Made by a program: the position numbers and the translations under genes. The notes beneath the pieces were generated by a model, which worked only from the letters and a program-made list of their open reading frames with translations, did no database searches and had not been told where the DNA came from. From positions 10,873,187 to 10,937,186 of the forward strand of contig OZ316898.1 in NCBI GenBank assembly GCA_973895155.1: a stretch of DNA of 64,000 bases. Reading direction: 5' to 3'. The stretch comes from Marsupella aquatica (taxonomy: Eukaryota; Plantae; Marchantiophyta). The first letter of the stretch is position 1. Every line of letters starts with the position of its first letter. Below, one piece after another: positions 51,579 through 64,000 of the stretch.

Positions 51579-52773
51579 GGTGATAATTTATGCAACCTGA
51601 TCATCTAAATGACACAAGGAATGTTTTCACCCGGATGTATCGCACCAACACAGACAAGCTTTTAGCTGGAGACATGAAAAATCTCGCGGATTCCTATACT
51701 AACATTATCTTGCCTCAATTATTCCCAATGTATGAGCTTAGGGTCTCGACGGTTGTTCCAGGCGGATTTGATTAGGTATACATGGTAGAAACACTAAGTT
51801 TTGACATCAGTGAGAGAGTACCTGAAGTAAATGTGAGAAAAAGGTTCTACATGAATGAATTGACAGTCCCTGGGCTACTCTTGATCCTATACTTTGTCTC
51901 ATGTCTCGTTTCTCCTTTTTCATTCTTTGTGGGGACATTACCCTTCTGTAGCAGTTCGTCCTCTAGTGGGATCCTCATTGCCTGGTGCAGAAATGCAGTG
52001 TATAGCCTACATAGCATGAGAAATGCGCCATAGGGCTAAATATTGATATCTCCTTCGTCGGCATAGTGGTAAACCATTGTGATTGTCACTAACCTGACCA
52101 TATAACTGTTGACTCTGGCTGGAAATTTATCTTACTGATGAACCTACCTAAATCGAATTCTAGAAGAGACGAAAGTACAGTACAAGTTGGTGGACGAAAA
52201 CGTGGTTTTACTATGCATGCTGCCCGATCAAGTTCTCAGTTCCCAGTCCGACCACATTCCATGACTTCAATAGCTAGTTCAGGCATTTGCCTGTTAGTAA
52301 CCAAAATATCAGAATGAAAAAGCACTTCAGGCATTTGCTGACGACTAGAGAAAAACAAAAAAGCAGAACAGGTTTTAAGATTTCTGCTTCCCATCACGGT
52401 TGATGTTGCGTGGAAGTTGAACGAGAATTAACTTCAGAAAAATGTCGAAACCCTTGTGGGTGCATTAATAATCTATGTCGACCCAGAAAATTGAACTCCT
52501 TGCTCTTAGCTGTTCCTCACATGACAGACAATTTTAACAGTACTTCTCATCTGGTGTATACCATAAGCTCAGACTGGACTATGTGTATTATAGGCTTGTA
52601 AGCCCTAAACCCTAAACTTCTGCTGGAACCCATAGACTTCACCGTTTTCATGCATTCTCTACATCTTCAACACAATGTGAGTCTCTTAATGCAAGGTCTA
52701 TTGAAACAGTGCTCAAAACTGAGTCCCGTTCGTTTTCAACAAATGTGTGAACATGTTGGGGGATTCGTATTCC

Positions 52774-53013
52774 TCTGAACCCATGAGAGCCTCCCTTGTC
52801 GACTCCCAAAGAGCAAAGGGTGATTGTCATGTCCCATTCTAGTAGGGAGATGTACTCGGCATCCATGAGAGGTGCAGTTGACAAACACCAGAGTCTGAAC
52901 CCATGAGAGCCTCCCTTGTCGACTCCCAAAGAGCAAAGGGTGATTGTCATGTCCCATTCTAGTAGGGAGATGTACTCGGCATCCATGAGAGGTGCACTTG
53001 ACAAACACCAGAG
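52774..53013. repeat. Tandem duplication, 120 bp x2 (1 mismatch)
   Basis: TCTGAACCCATGAGAGCC...ACAAACACCAGAG at 52774 and 52894. Confidence 0.95.
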
Positions 53014-53476
53014 AACAGATACTCGCCATTTTGTTGAGCATAGACGACATTCGCAACGGCAAGCTCATGAACCATCCAACGCACAATAATCGACATAGAG
53101 AGATATGTGGTTCACCTCCATATGAGGTTACGTCCACGAGAACACACAAAAATTTTATTGCACTCTAGGTCGACCGGCCATACCAAACATCCACAGCACA
53201 AGTTCTCCCTATTTTTCGACTAGCTCCGTAACAATGAGTCTAAGTTCCCACAGGGTCTGACATCAGCCCTGGCTATATACACAATAGCACTACCGCTAAC
53301 AATAGCTAAGTCCTCACCCGAGTTAACCTAATTATAGTTAGCTCATGAATCACAAGACTAGAGCAATATCTAACACATTTCACATTTCTGTAGAGAGGGG
53401 GTTGGGAATAATCCACCCTCACAAATTCTAGTCATGAAGTCACCTCCAAAGTGTAAAAACTCAATTTCATCAAGGA

Positions 53477-53654
53477 TTGTCTTTATATGTCATCTATCAA
53501 AACCCTATAATATGCAATATTGTTCTTTCTTTTTCATGTGTACAAATCTACATTATGACAGGAAGTTGTCTTATATGTCATCTATCTTTACCCTATAATA
53601 TGCCATATTGTTCTTTCTTTTTCATGTGTACAAATTGACATTATGACAGGAAGT
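53477..53654. repeat. Tandem duplication, ~89 bp x2
   Basis: TTGTCTT(T)ATATGTCATCTATC...ACATTATGACAGGAAGT at 53477 and 53566. Confidence 0.9.
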
Positions 53655-56473
53655 CTCTCTCACTGTTTCATGGTGGTGATATTGTTTTAAGCCATGAGAT
53701 GAACCTAAAGGTGCCACTTTGCATGACTTTCATGCCCAACCTGTCTCTCTCCTTGCAACTTGCACTCCACAATGTCCTACAATCTGGGCCATCTCATTTA
53801 TCCTTGATAACAATTTCACTCAACATCACTTATTATAGACTATAGTACTACTCTGCAATGCAGCAATGCAGGCCGGTGTAATATCCATAAGGTAATGCTG
53901 AGGCATGCAACAAGTGTTTAGGATTTGCAATGATTGTTTTGTGCTACATTGTGACGGTTCAACTCGATGAAGAGGTGCAACAATTATAAGTGGCCATCTC
54001 ACATGGTACAAAGTAAATTACCCGGTTCAAGGGAAGGGTGTTGAGATCTGATGGTTGACAAGTTGGCCAGGTGATAGGACTTAGTTACCATCTTCAGTAC
54101 AGCTGCCAATCAGATAATTAATAGTTTGCTGAATTTTCTTGAGGGCACTATGCCAATTTGCATGTGGGCATCCTTCACAGTTAGCATAAAGTATTGAGAA
54201 TTTTGTGGAGAAACCTCCCAATCAGGCAGGGTATATGGCTTAAAAAGTGGAGATTGAAGTGCACAGGCCAGAAACTTACCAGCCTTTGAGCTCCCATACT
54301 TTGAAATCACAATAAAACAGAAAAAAAAGGATACCTAATGCAAAGAATCAACACAAAAGTAGGGGCACTAAAATTAAAGAAAAACATATTGCACTGAAAG
54401 GGCCAACAAAGTGGTGTCTTGGCAAACAATTGAAGTCCAAAGAGTACAAATGCAAAAATGCAAAAAAGCAAGTGCAACCATGAGGGGAAAAAGGATAAAA
54501 GAAAGGGGAATTTTTGCTAACACAGCCCTAGAGGGATGGACTACTGTCCACAGCTAAAGAAAATATACCTAGAGCTAGTGTCCTAACTAAATTTTCCAAT
54601 GGGACAGGAATGTCTTCTAGGGGGCAAGCCTTTGCAGAGGCACACTAGCACCTACTCTAAGGGATAGACAACAATAAATTGTTCAAGCTTGAGTGCGCTG
54701 TAATGTCCTGAGATGTGCTGACAAAAGTGTGTGGTCACAATGGATAGCAAAGGTCTAGAGAAACCCATCTGTCCATGAATATAACGAGCAGCTTGTCAAA
54801 GATGCCCATCAAACTGATGATGAAAACAGATAATAACTAGGTGAGCTATGGTAATGTACATTGTGACAATTTTTGGCTCATTTTGGATCTACTTTCTCAC
54901 TCAATTGCTTTGGATTGCTCTTGTCAAGGCGCATCAAACTAATATGAAACACAACTTGGGTGGTTACATATCGACATAGTTCTGCTCACGTTACTTTTCC
55001 GCATTTTTCTTTATTTTTCTAGTGAATTTAGGTTGCGGCTTTGATGGTTATATCCTACTTGATCCTTCATTGAATTCAGATTTCTCAAGTGATTTGGAAA
55101 GTTGTTCTCCAGGCAAGTAAGATGAATTCTAGGAAAGGCCTAGCCAATCCCATATTGACAGAATTCCGGGTTCTGTGAAATATCAAAGTAGGTATGACCC
55201 TCAAAGCTGATCGAAAGAAATTATTGTCGAATTGCAAGAAAAAACACAAAACTTAATCAAGGCCTAGTTGTGTAAATATGACATTGTTTGGGCCGCTCTT
55301 GGAATAAATATTACTCATCCGGAGAAGAGTTTTCCAAATAACTTGAGAAGTCTTGATTCTGTGAAATATAGGCTTGAGAAAATCTGGATTCTGTGAAATA
55401 TGGGTTGAAATATGACTGTCAAAATCATAATTGAAATTTGCAAGAAAAGTAAATAATATGTTTGTTTTTTTAAGTAAATAAATATGTTTGTGCCGCGTTT
55501 TATATAGTTTTGATTAGTCTCAACAAGAACAATCCAACACAATTGAGAAATATAGATTCATTTGGTAACTGAGTGAGAGATTACCTCCAAAATGAACCAA
55601 AAACTGTCACATTGTAGAAGGGCATCACTATAGCTCCCAAAATGGAGAGCTTGTGTAGGTAACTAGTAACATGGCAATAGCTCTTCTTTCCTAGCTCGAT
55701 ACTGACTAGTCTGAAGTCACCCACATGAACAGCTCCTCTTCAGAAGCTCGATCCTGCAATTTAGGAAGGTAGTCTGAAGTCACCCACATGCAAGTTGGGT
55801 CTTAATTACCATCCAACATTCCAGATGCAACTCCAGTGCCCAATTGGTTGATTTTGTTGTGTTTTTCACATCATCAGGTCAGACCGACTTTAGAGAAGTT
55901 ACCATTTCCCAATTCAGATACAATCTGCAGACTCAATCAGATTATACGTTTGACGAATTTTAATCACGCGGACAGACGCCGCATTTAGAGTCCGTCAGTC
56001 TACGAAGTAATCTCTGAGTTCTTTAGTCAACCTTAGTTGTTGCTGCTGATTTGGATAAGGTGGAAGTTGACAGATGGCCGCATTTTGAATGCGTCAGCAA
56101 GCTGAGATATTTGTGAGATTTTTAAATCAAGCTTGGCTGTGACCGCTGATTTTGGATAGATAGAAGTTTAATTGAATTTGGTTGAGATTGATCTGTTCAA
56201 CAATTGTGTCGCTCTGGCCAAACCAAGGGTTTGTATTAGATGTTGTAGAAGGTTTTTCCCAATTCAAGTATATAATCAAACAGAATGATGGTCAACATTA
56301 GGATCATCAAGCCCAAGGTGGGAAACTAAGAACTTTCCTGCCATTTCAATGAGACGAGAGTATGATCTGGAATATATCCCCTAACCAGAGGCCTGAGCTC
56401 ATAACGGCGTCTTGCTAGCAAAAGGATCTTTGGCCAATTTGCGATGACAAGCTTGCCCCGCTGACCAGAGGTG

Positions 56474-56597
56474 AGGTGTTCAGGCAGTGGGATGATCCAG
56501 CTTGGCTTCGAAAGTGCTCCGACAGACTGATAAAGGTGTTCAGGCAGTGGGATGATCCAGCTTGGCTTCGAAAGTGCTCCGACAGACTGATAAAGGT
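56474..56597. repeat. Exact tandem duplication, 60 bp x2
   Basis: AGGTGTTCAGGCAGTGGGATGATCC...GACTGATAA at 56474 and 56534. Confidence 0.95.
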
Positions 56598-57367
56598 CGG
56601 CCTCATAAAACACTCCTACAGACTAATTGCCATGCCGTCGAGGAGACGGGTTGGCTTAGGCAAAGCGTCGGTTCTCTACTGCGATCAAATTTTTCAGATT
56701 GTCGGTCGTAAGAAGGAACATTCGATGCGATGAGTCCTCTGCTGCTCCCGAGTGGTGATCCACAAGAAACTGAATCGATGCGAACAATCGGTAGCTTCCT
56801 TATCTTTGAGTGAGCGCTAATAGCAAAAAAGTTAACAGTGTCCTGTAGTGGTTCGAACTCCGAAATTACTACTACGTTCCAGATTGCGAGACCAACGTCA
56901 CATTCACTTTGAACTGAATCGACAAAGTTCAATTTAACCGGAGAATACTTCGTTCGTGACATCCGCAGACATTCCACATCCGAATATCCACTGTTGGTTG
57001 ACGCCACAGCTACGATCCAAGGCGCACGTATGGCCCTTGACGGGATTGCAGACTGAAAACCTCTGATGAAGGTTACCAGAGCCACGAAGCGTTCTATAAA
57101 CTAATTTCTGCGTAACTTGTCCGTGGACTCTACAGACTAGCTGACGATCTCTCGGAAGTTAGAAGATGCAAAGCTCTTGCGAGATTCCAGACTAACACCC
57201 CCAGGCGGGAGCTATCGGAGCCACGAGGCATGTCCTATCTAAGTTCTACAATTTGTACCTCCTGTGATACACAATTAGTATGCAACAGGGGTCCTCCATA
57301 CTTGCTTCAGCTACGTCTCTAAACACAGAGCAACTCTAACTCTAAGTATGTGTCTCTGGTCATTTCT

Positions 57368-58817
57368 CTACATCTCGGTCTGACCACCCCCTTTCTTCGT
57401 ATGTCCCGCTGTCTTCAACAACTGCAACCACCAGCGAAGTCGTACGAATGTCAGATACAATTACCAATTGGTCACACCAAATATTCCATTATCAGGCTAC
57501 GTCAGACGATGAAGACCACAAATTCACAAAACCCATGTGAGCGACCGAGAGCTTTCGTCACAATAACCAACAATCTAAGACACAAAAGGGACTCGAGATT
57601 TCCGAGCTTACCTGCCGGAGCATGGAGTTCTCGTGAGAAAGAGTATTAACTTTCTCTTCCAACTCTTCGATTCGACGAGTTTGCTCCTTCGCCTTCACTT
57701 CAAGGTCACCGAGGTAAGCTTTCTTTCTCTCCCTGGCCTGCTGAGCTGAAACTCGATTCCTCAACAACCTGGTACAGCGGATAAAGACTGGCAATTAGAC
57801 CCTCATTCCGAGAAAGATACTCAACGCGGACCCAGACATCCTCTCGTTGCCCTACACTGCAGGAAGACAATTTCCAGTAGTAGGGTCTCAGGAGTGTCAT
57901 TTCCTCTCACCTTTTCAGTCGTTTGTGCTCTTTGTCAGCCGACGCTCCTCCCCTCTTTCTCTTCATCGGAGGTTGGCCCTGACTTTGTGCTGCTGTGCTA
58001 CTTGAAGGTCCCTTCGAAACTGTCATCTCTGGTACCCTCCGCACGTCTGAATCACTTTCATTTCCTGTAAGGAGCAACCATAAAATTTAGATGTAGATAT
58101 CCCAATCTCCTGAGACATTCCTTCCACCTTGTTGCACCATGTAGACTAGGGAACCAGAAGTGAAGAAACATCATGTGGACACATCATGTGGACATTCACG
58201 AAACAACGTCGAGCTACTGGAAGCGAGCGATATTTCTGGCAGCCCAGCACCTACCATCCTTCTTGGGCTGCAACACGGCGGTCGTGGTAGGGGATGCAGA
58301 AGCATTATCCTGACTAGAGCTCTTTTGAGATGAAGTTGTTCCATTAGAGGAAGGCATCGATGAACTGCGGGCTCTGGGAGCTTCGATTTCACCACCGACC
58401 TGGATCTTCCCGTCTATGACGGGCTTCCAGCCCCTAGTGAAAGAGCTTTCTTTCAGAGATGGGGTCGCAATGGTGGAGGGTTTGTTATTAGGCCAAACAG
58501 GTACTTTGGCCCTTATTGCTCCTGCACCTGCAACCAGATGTTCGAAATCACGAGTTCAACACACGACTAAGCCGAGCCAAGTGCCATTTGCCACACTGAA
58601 CACTAGACACCTCGAACGACTACCTTAAACGAGGAAGGGCACCAGAAGCTCTACCTATGACAGGTTTATTGGAAGAATCGGTTGGCTTGCCGTCGTTCAC
58701 AACCGGAACTTCTCCTTCGCTTCCATCGCTGTCCGACAGCGACGCATCAGAATCGTACTCTAGATCACTCCCATCCGCCCACCGGATCCCCTCAACCTGG
58801 TCGTCCACTTCGTTCAT
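57368..58817 (-). CDS. HY5: HY5/HYH-type bZIP transcription factor
   Basis: Exons 58817-58655 (less certain), 58527-58255, 58064-57911, 57768-57612 and 57421-57368. COP1-binding VP motif [12 protein letters not shown]; [40 protein letters not shown]. Confidence 0.9.
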
Positions 58818-59884
58818 TTAAAATTGCTGCTTCCCTTCGCCCAATTGTCTCACCAACCTGGTAATACTAGATCAATCAGTCAATACTTCCCACTCACAGT
58901 GGCATCACCACATCCCGCTTCGTCCGAAAACAGAACAGCAGCCAACACATTTTGTTTCAACAATCTCGTCAATCTTCTCTGGGGAACTACTCCCTACCAG
59001 TACCTGACACATTCCCAGTAACCCTCCTCCTCCAGTAAGTGTCTATCCAAGCTAGTGAGCACTACGGTCGCAGAAGCACCAACAAAAACCTTCAGTTTCC
59101 TCCAAACGCTCCGGGCAATACAGTCAGAGATCCTTCCAATCCCCTCGAAGTGCTCCGGTCACAGAGAAAGAGAGCGAGAGAGATAGAGAGAAAGAGAGAG
59201 AGCTGCGAGTGAGCCCTAATTCTCGGACTGTGACAACTCTGTGAGGAGTCCCTACTCTATCGACTCTATCGAACTCAAAACCGGGCAGCAAAGCCAAGTA
59301 GACAGGTCCTCGGCACACAGAGAGCTGTGCCGACATGTGTAGGCAACAAACAAGCCTGTGCCGTGTGCAAAGTCTCCGAGTTTGCTCACTGCGTTCCAGA
59401 GCACGCCAGGGAGAGGAGCAGGTAAAGGACAAGGAAGCAAGCGAAGGCAAACCACTGCGAATCAAAGCAAGCAATTACCAAAACGGGAGGCCCCGCGAAA
59501 CTAACTGTACCAACTCCGAGAACCAACTTTCTCCAAAACAAGTCGAGCCCAAGGAGCACACACAGACAGAAAAACTAACAGACAGACAGACCGAGATATA
59601 GTGTAATTGAGCTGAACGATGAAGACAGGCAACCGTAACAACGACGAGTCGCAAGCCACACAGCCTCGCCACACCGGCCCACCACCAACACCGCAGCACA
59701 GCACAGCACAGCACAGCACCGATTTTGCGTGATCGCCGAAAGAAACTCACGACATTCCACTACTGCTGCAGCATCACTGTGCTGCCAGCAGACAGGAGAA
59801 GGGAGGAGGAGGGATGGCGATAATTCTGCGACAGTGACGCGGCCAGTTTTTCACCTGGGGGGAAGCCTGGGAGGAATTCCAAAG

Positions 59885-60276
59885 CACGTGAGCCCACCAC
59901 GAAGCCACATTCCTTCGCGCAATCAACCGATCATTCGATCCGATCGGCCATGGATCCGCGAGCTGGACTTCTCCATCGCTGCTTTATACAGTAGTACCGA
60001 CCATTTATTTACTGCGCCTCGTTCCCCTCTTCCCGGCGGCCTGGCCTTCGTCTCCCGAGTCCCTACACTACTACTACTACCCCTCCCTAAGAGGCCGGAA
60101 ACGCCTTTTCGGGACCTTTTTGTAGAGAAAGCGCGCCGGGGCTCCCGCATTAATTTTCTATTTTCCGAGGTGTTCCCCGTCCGTTTGCGCGACGGGTTTG
60201 TGTCCATCCTCAATTTCCGGGAAGGATGGCCAATCGCCCATCTACACGTGGCGTCCATAGGGGTATCCACGACGTC
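59885..60276 (-). promoter_or_regulatory. ACGT-box cluster upstream of HY5
   Basis: G-box CACGTG at 59885 and 60245 (ACACGTGGC), C-box GACGTC at 60271, CCAAT near 60230, minus-strand TATAAAG at 59982-59988. Confidence 0.45.
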
Positions 60277-61373
60277 GCCTGACATTTTAGCGGCAACTCG
60301 AGGATCTTTATCTTATTTTATATTATTATAAGCTGATTTTAGACGCCCAGGATCGAGCCACCGCCACCCAAATTTGGAAGGGAATGGTTGAAGATCGGGC
60401 AGCATGGCGCTAGATTTTGGGCAAATCAATAATGTGTTGTCAGTTTGTCCCGATACCAAAGTTCCCATGGATCAGGCTGTTTGACCAAATGCTGGGATAG
60501 CCCACTTCGAAACACATTTAAATAACATCTTTCCCTTTCTTATGTCAAAGTGTTGGGTCCATCACAATCCTTAGGCTGAAATGTGGTGGTCACCCGAGCA
60601 TCAATTTCTTTGTTCTCATTAGTCTATCCTCTGCAAGAATCATTAAATTAAGGGAAAAATACCAAAAGAGGCTTGGAAAAGTTGACACCCAAATGGACCA
60701 TGAGTTTGACCAACAGACTTGAATGGCTACTTCATTAAGAAACACTGTTCAAGGGCCCACATTGGAGTGGCAGATCCAGGTCTTCTATCAAACGTGGTGA
60801 TCCTTCTAGGGTTCTTTAGATTAGGCTCTTTCCTCTCTTTTCCTCCCCTTCATTGGGTTGTTTTGCCTTTTGGGATCTTGTCTCTAGGTTGGACATTTTT
60901 TGCCCTTGGGCACTGATATATATTATAGGCTTGAAGGAGCAGCTTTGGCATGGCATTTTCAGGTGAGGGAATATCCACATGCAAGTCTGCCCCATCTTCC
61001 CGCCTGCTTGCCCACCTGCCTGCTGGTGAGTACTCCCACTCATGTCAACTTAGTATTTCAACTCACTATTCTTTGCTTTTCTTTTTCTTGAAAGGATCAC
61101 TTTACTTATATGACAAGTAAAACCCAATGAAACCCGGGAGTAAAAGGCCAAACCCCAAACCAAGTAAGAGGCCACAGACCACTCAGAGACCAAACACAAC
61201 TAGTCAGGAGGGCACATGAAAAAAAAGGTAACTACAAGTGCAAGGTAGCAACAAGTTACACACCCAAAGGGAAATCACTAAAACAACTACAGCAAAAGAG
61301 AGGGCGAGACTCAATCCAGAGAGCATAGGAAGAGATCCAACAAGATAACTATCTGAGCGACTGTCCACTACTG

Positions 61374-61680
61374 TGTAGAGGTTAACTCAGTCTTGGGTTG
61401 AACTATGATTAGTATATTAACTGGGGTTAGAGTAACCCTAGTTGAAGAGATTGGTCCTTATCTCTTCAACTTCTATGTGGTGAGAGAACACACAAGAGAA
61501 TTCTCAAGAGAGAACACAGTGATATAGCAAGAGATGAGAGCTATGGTGATGCTTGAGTAGACACATAACCGTTAATAAAGTTTGGTCTTCCTGTGGACGT
61601 AGCCAACCTTGAGGCGAACCACGTAACTATTGAGCACGTGTATGTTTGGAGTGTTTTTCCTGATCTGATTTCTCCCCACA
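61374..61680 (+). mobile_element. Solo LTR (307 bp), copia-type
   Basis: TG...CA ends; perfect 5-bp TSD TACTG at 61369-61373 and 61681-61685; contains GTGGACGTAGCC...GCGAACCACGTAA, a motif recalled from plant copia LTRs. Confidence 0.85.
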
Positions 61681-63290
61681 TACTGAAGATCCAATAAGAG
61701 GATTAACCATCTGCAAGGATTCCAAAAAAGAAACTAAGACTAGAATTGGAGGATCACAACAGAACTCGCGGGATATATCCGGCAATATGCACATGCGGAT
61801 ACAGTTCATTGTCAGTTCACACAGGTGGTTGAAGGGCAGCTCAGTGGTTTTAACAAGTAGATTAATTCAAATCCTCTACAACAATAACCTTTACTTCTTG
61901 GGCGTTGCCCCCTATACAAAGTAGAAATCAAAATCTCGGTTTGTTAAAAGCACATTAGGTCTCATTGTGCCATTGTGGGAACCACAGAGAAAACTTTAAT
62001 TGACCATCAGCAAATTGTAACAATGGGGGCTTCCACATCATATCAAGCACCTCAGGTTGTACACAATGTGCCCAAATATGGACCGGAGTCCCCAACTTGA
62101 TGCCCTAACACACCCAACTAGAGGCAGAATGGAAATACTACAGTACACTGAGGAGGGAATCACTGAGGAGCACACTCAGGAACAAAAGGATCAGTCCTTT
62201 TTTTTAGTCCATAGCTTTGGTTCTAGGCCTCTTTGTTATCATTTAATTTTTGTTAAAATATTGAGGGTACTTGTGTATATGCATAATATTATATATATTT
62301 TTTGCCAATCAAAGGTTTTTGCATTCAATCACTGATACCTAAAATAGACAAGTGGTTCATCGGGGATTCGTAAAAATAACAGGGAATTAGATCACATTCC
62401 CCACTATATTGTGTCCCCTTATTTGAGCACATCAAATTTAAGCCATTAAGCCAGGTACAGTGCAGCTGCCTACAATGTACCTGGCTATGAACAATGTACT
62501 TGGCTAATTGAAAACTAAGCAAAGTGATATAAAAGAACAATCAGATTTATCATGGCTTGTAAAACCTTTCCAATTTGTGGGCACCTGCCACGTGGCATAG
62601 TACACCCTATGCTGTTGTTTTTCTATGTGCAAATCACTTGAAGTGATGCTTGAATGGACATGAGAAACCCTGATGGACACAAATGAAACATTTCAGTTTA
62701 CTCATAGACCATGATTTGATGGGTAATATGAGGATTTGATGGACTCCTCTGGTACTCTGCCCATGCAGTGGTCTATGTTCTTATTCTACCCAAGGAGTTG
62801 GATTCCCGTGTATACCATTGTTACCATGTATATAACTTCTTACGCTTCCATATGATGATATCTTGTTACCATCTATATAACTTCTGACTTACGCTTCCAT
62901 ATGATGATATCTTAAGGTTCCGAGAGTATCATGACACTATTGAACTAGCAGGCTGCTCCCCAGACTTGCACTACTTGAAGTTCAATTGTCAGGCTAGCAG
63001 GAGTTGTGTTCAAAATTGACATTGTATTCAAAATTGGTGTGCATACCAGAGGTGGGTGGACTCCTCTGGTATTCTGCCTATGCAAATTGGTTGTGTTCAA
63101 AATTGACATTGTATTCAAATTATATCGGCATGTTGAGTTGAGGCTGCTCAAGTCTAAATTAGTCTCCCTTACTGTAGATGAACTCACATCAAAAGCTTCT
63201 ATAATTGAATATGCAATGGAATTTGTTCACAGACTTGCTGGGTGAAGAACTAGAAGGTCATAGAACTACCAAACAGTCTCCATTGTATAT

Positions 63291-63650
63291 ACAATGTTCA
63301 CCGTAATTAGTGTGACTAACACTAATTCGAGAGCGCCCATTGTCAGGGTCTATTTGTGAATTAGTGTTAGTCACACTAATTTTGTGCTAACACTATTTTG
63401 TGCAAATGAATTAGTGTTACTATGGTCTTAAGAGTAGCAAAATAGAGAGAAAAAACTATTTTGAAAAATCCACAACAATTAGTGTTACTTTGGACTAAAT
63501 ACTATCCATGTTTTACAAGTAATTTAAACTAAAGTGAAAAACACTGTTTTTAAAACTAACAAAAATTAGTGTTACTTGGACTCAAAATCAATTTTACCAA
63601 ACTTAGTTAGTAACACTAATTTTATACTAACACTAATTCTTGCATAACAT
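63291..63650. repeat. Array of AATTAGTGTTA/TAACACTAATT motifs with a perfect 24-bp inverted repeat; probable DNA-transposon end
   Basis: 63305-63328 is the exact reverse complement of 63358-63381; further motif copies run to ~63640. Confidence 0.6.
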
Positions 63651-64000
63651 TAATTACAAAAAGAGTGTACATAACTTAGAACCTTGATATTCACTTTTGA
63701 TTTGCTGAGGTGAAACAAATAACAAATGCCTCATGTGTTACTATCCTAGATCGCATGAGCTACTTGTTAGATGCCAACTACTTGCACATTCAGCCACACT
63801 TAAACCTACAAAAATTCTTGAAGTTCACTTTAGGCCAGCTCAGTAACTATTTGCCAAGAGGAAGTAATCTTAGTACAAGAGTTGGCAAGTGTTGTAAAGA
63901 GATTTTTGTCAAGTCGAACACAATGTCAAAAGCAAACACAGCACCCGGGCATTGTGTTAAAATGGCATTATGTGCGAAGAAAAACATCTTTTTCGTCCAG

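Noticed and set aside
52603-52616. CCCTAAA x2 telomere-like motif
   Set aside because: Only two copies; too short to call an interstitial telomere or a functional telo-box.
54300-54800. Possible LINE 3'-end fragments (also ~22700-23090 and ~61100-61370)
   Set aside because: Only strand-biased composition; no RT motif, poly(A) tail or TSD could be fixed.
56603-57085. 160-aa minus-strand ORF downstream of HY5
   Set aside because: Non-ATG start and no motif I can recognise; may be a pseudogene fragment but unsupported.
59124-60331. Several overlapping ORFs upstream of HY5
   Set aside because: GC-rich promoter/5' UTR region with GA and GCACA microsatellites; no domain signal.

Overview
Eukaryotic nuclear DNA from a land plant; intron style, gene set and retroelement types suggest a bryophyte, possibly a liverwort (inference). 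Eight spliced genes could be assembled by hand in frame: a root-cap/LEA-type secreted protein, a stand-alone subtilisin-propeptide (I9) inhibitor, a multi-EF-hand protein, plastid SufC (ABCI6), plastid SecY (SCY1), a GGCT/AIG2-like protein, a basic organelle-targeted protein and a HY5-type bZIP. Positions 4.2-17.9 kb hold a decayed Bianca-like Ty1/copia element with 110-bp LTRs and a half-tRNA-Ile PBS. A Ty3/gypsy element with 1.08-kb LTRs, a 4-bp TSD and an in-frame deletion of the RT core is nested inside it. Intergenic DNA holds three hAT-type MITEs (8-bp TSDs), a solo LTR, other TE remnants and many short tandem duplications. The most striking observation is that the divergently transcribed, unrelated SufC and SCY1 genes share a homologous 5' leader and transit-peptide N-terminus, arranged as an inverted duplication. 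All family assignments come from recalled motifs; no database search was run.
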